From assembly GCA_963752595.1 (NCBI GenBank), contig CAVVYZ010000017.1, positions 275,055-339,054 of the forward strand: DNA of 64,000 nt, given 5' to 3'. The notes under the pieces were generated by a model. The model did not search any database, was not told the DNA's origin, and saw only the letters and a list, made by a program, of their open reading frames with translations. This document shows positions 63,578 through 64,000 of the stretch, in pieces. How positions within the stretch are numbered: the first letter of the stretch is position 1; each line of letters begins with the position of its first letter. The translations under genes were made by a program, and so were the position numbers. The stretch is from an uncultured delta proteobacterium (lineage in GTDB: Bacteria > Desulfobacterota > Desulfomonilia > UBA1062).

Positions 63578-64000
63578 TTACTCGCGCTCGAAAAGGATGC
63601 CGTATTTTTCCAGCCATCTCTCGAAGGTCGGCCGGGATATGCCGAGGATATCGCAGATCTCGCCTTTGTTTTTCTTTGTATCCTTCATCACTCTCCGGAT
63701 GTGCATCTCTTCGACCTCGTCCAGGGTAAGGATCCTGCCTGCGGAGTCACAGAAGGTATCCAGCTCCTGATCTTTTGCCCTGGAAGATCTCTGATCTTCA
63801 TTGAGGTCGGAAAAGCTCGGATTTAATAAGGACCTGCCCCTTGGCTACTACTGCTGCCCGGACAAGAAGGTTCTTCAGCTCCGACACATTCCCGGGCCAG
63901 CTGTATTGCCTGGAAAACCTCCAGCACTTCATCGGAAACACCTGCGATCTGCTTGTGGAGATCCAGGTTTATCTTTTCGAGAAGATAATCGATCAGGGGG
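63578..64000 (-). CDS. 3' part of the sigma54-dependent response regulator (mirror copy, runs off the window)
   Basis: Reverse complement of 36825-37245 with indels. Confidence 0.85.

Larger units (their letters stand above)
50374..64000. repeat. Right arm of giant inverted repeat (runs off the window)
   Basis: Reverse complement of 36825-50369; spacer GAGT at 50370-50373. Confidence 0.95.

Noticed and set aside
1-64000. tRNA, rRNA, integrase or phage genes
   Set aside because: None recognised by eye; tRNAscan-SE and barrnap would be needed to exclude them formally.

Overview
Bacterial chromosomal window, probably from an anaerobic Desulfobacterota/deltaproteobacterium (inferred from gene content), assembled with long-read-type indel errors. 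Bases 1-32 kb are mostly housekeeping: ilvE, queECF, dus, apgM, ddl, glpABC-tkt, mpgP, tatA, kdsA-kdsC-lptCAB-rpoN-hpf-ptsN and thiME. This part also has two class III nucleotide cyclases, a 3' remnant of comM, a complete IS1634-family element with a 6-bp target duplication, and three tandem c-di-GMP-I (GEMM) aptamers in front of a secreted DUF6160-like protein. At 30.8-38.1 kb a dCache/PAS histidine kinase and a sigma54 activator sit between two sigma54 promoters that share a ~48-bp upstream motif. One promoter drives an orphan ATP synthase c-subunit followed by an output-less Cache protein. The other drives a small membrane protein and an AtpZ/AtpI-family gene. This is the best candidate for an undescribed system. 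From 36825 to the window end the sequence is one giant inverted repeat, with arms of at least 13.5 kb around a 4-nt spacer at 50370-50373. It carries acs, an acetate-CoA ligase-GNAT fusion, a NarL-type two-component system, IHF, DUF374 and a 5'-truncated topB. The arms alternate between near-identical and truly diverged blocks, so the repeat may be an assembly chimera or a real duplication.
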